From NCBI RefSeq assembly GCF_006345805.1, contig NW_021823699.1:1-21635 (forward strand): a stretch of 21,635 bases of DNA, given 5' to 3'. Every line of letters begins with the position of its first letter. The stretch's first letter is position 1. Made by a program: the position numbers and the translations under genes. Shown here piece by piece: positions 20,420 to 21,635 of the stretch. The DNA is from Octopus sinensis. Its lineage: Eukaryota. The notes beneath the pieces were generated by a model. It made no database searches. It was not told the DNA's origin and saw only the letters and a program-made list of their open reading frames with translations.

Positions 20420-20765
20420 CTGTCAGTGTGTTTTTGAGTCCCTCACTTCAGTTAATGCACAATGCGCATTTCTTCAAAAACATCCTCTCTTTACTTTATT
20501 CATTTTCTCCATTGTTAGCAGTGATAATTTTTTTCTTCCCAATTGATCTCCTATATTTCGCATATCTTCAACGAGGACTTTATGCCATACTTAAACCGTA
20601 ATCTTGGTTTCCGCTTTTTGCGCCATATAGCATTTGTGTAATGATCCTTTGATCATTCATCCGAACAAGCGCGTAATCCGTGCTTGTGCATCTTCGACTC
20701 AATGCTCAGGATGTCGGACCCCCTCCTGACCTCTGTGTCTGAGGTCCTCAAGGTCTAGCCATGGT
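20420..20765 (-). mobile_element. Old RTE-clade LINE C-terminal fragment
   Basis: Minus strand with frameshifts: LSIESKMHKHGLR / LVRMNDQRIITQMLYG / KPRLRFKYGIKSSLK..NWEE. Confidence 0.75.
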
Positions 20766-20849
20766 AAATACTTATACACACACTATACGTTCACACAGGT
20801 ATACATACATACAAGCACATACATACGTATATATGTGTATATAATATAT

Positions 20850-20880
<31 letters not shown>

Positions 20881-21232
20881 GTGACGTATTTTTGCCATTT
20901 CAATAGGCTAACCCCTAAGGTGGATGCTACTGTAGTTTTTAGCCCCAGGAGGACACACTCCTCCAGCTGGCCATAGACACACTTTCTGTGTCCTGTCAGT
21001 ATTTGCAAAGGGAAGTCATCCTTCCCGTCTTCAACTTATGATACACACGGACTCGAGTTTCGAGGTATTGACCTCTCGTCAGCGTGTGACAATCGTAGTT
21101 GTCGCCGAGATTAGATTTCCTTCACAAATACTTATACTTTTTCCAGCGTCCACTGTCGCTGATATTGAAAAAGTGAAATCAAACAATGAATAATATCAAA
21201 GTGAGTTATATACAATAGCGGTAACACATCGT

Positions 21233-21235
<3 letters not shown>
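20881..21235 (-). mobile_element. ~355-bp hammerhead-containing, non-coding element embedded in (TA)n (PLE pseudo-LTR or retrozyme-like)
   Basis: Sharp boundaries against (TA)n on both sides, GTGAC at both ends, an intact HHR inside, several short hairpins, no credible ORF. Confidence 0.7.
21044..21088 (-). ncRNA. Minimal type I hammerhead ribozyme, intact
   Basis: Minus strand reads CACACG-CTGACGA-GAGGT-caat-ACCTC-GAAA-CTCGAG-TC-CGTGTG. Stem I 6 bp, stem II 5 bp, palindromic stem III ACTCGAGT, canonical GUC cleavage triplet. Confidence 0.92.
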
Positions 21236-21287
<52 letters not shown>

Positions 21288-21498
21288 AGAGAGAGAGAGA
21301 TTTACTTGCATAGCGAGTGACTTGATCTGAGATCGTGTGCTGGAACGAAAACAATTGCAGCGTGGAAGGTGTTTATAAGCCATTTAAGAAACACACAAAA
21401 ACCGTTAGATTCACTTCAACATTTAATTTAATTGTTGAAGTGAATCTAACGGTTTTGTGTGTTCTTAAATGGCTTATATATACCTTCCACGCTGCAAT

Positions 21499-21635
<137 letters not shown>

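Overview
No intact protein-coding gene, rRNA, tRNA or CRISPR array is supportable. This is AT-rich, microsatellite-dense eukaryotic intergenic or intronic DNA. The SINE and LINE families and the (TA)n/(GATA)n/(CA)n load resemble an octopus (cephalopod) genome; that is inference from recalled repeat families, not a database hit. Most of the window is transposon debris: a decayed Penelope-like element (RT + GIY-YIG) at ~200-2485, Tx1, CR1, three RTE and one BovB-like LINE fragments, ten tRNA-derived SINEs from three head families and a mariner MITE. Three things stand out. (1) Hammerhead ribozymes (HHR): two loci have intact catalytic cores, one inside a 306-bp-arm palindrome (11351-11979) and one minimal HHR at 21044-21088; two more are degenerate. 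(2) An unexplained ~300-350 bp direct repeat occurs four times at ~5 kb spacing and has a residual coding-like frame. (3) A CR1 LINE 3' end matches the tail of the commonest SINE in the window. All alignments and folds were done by eye.
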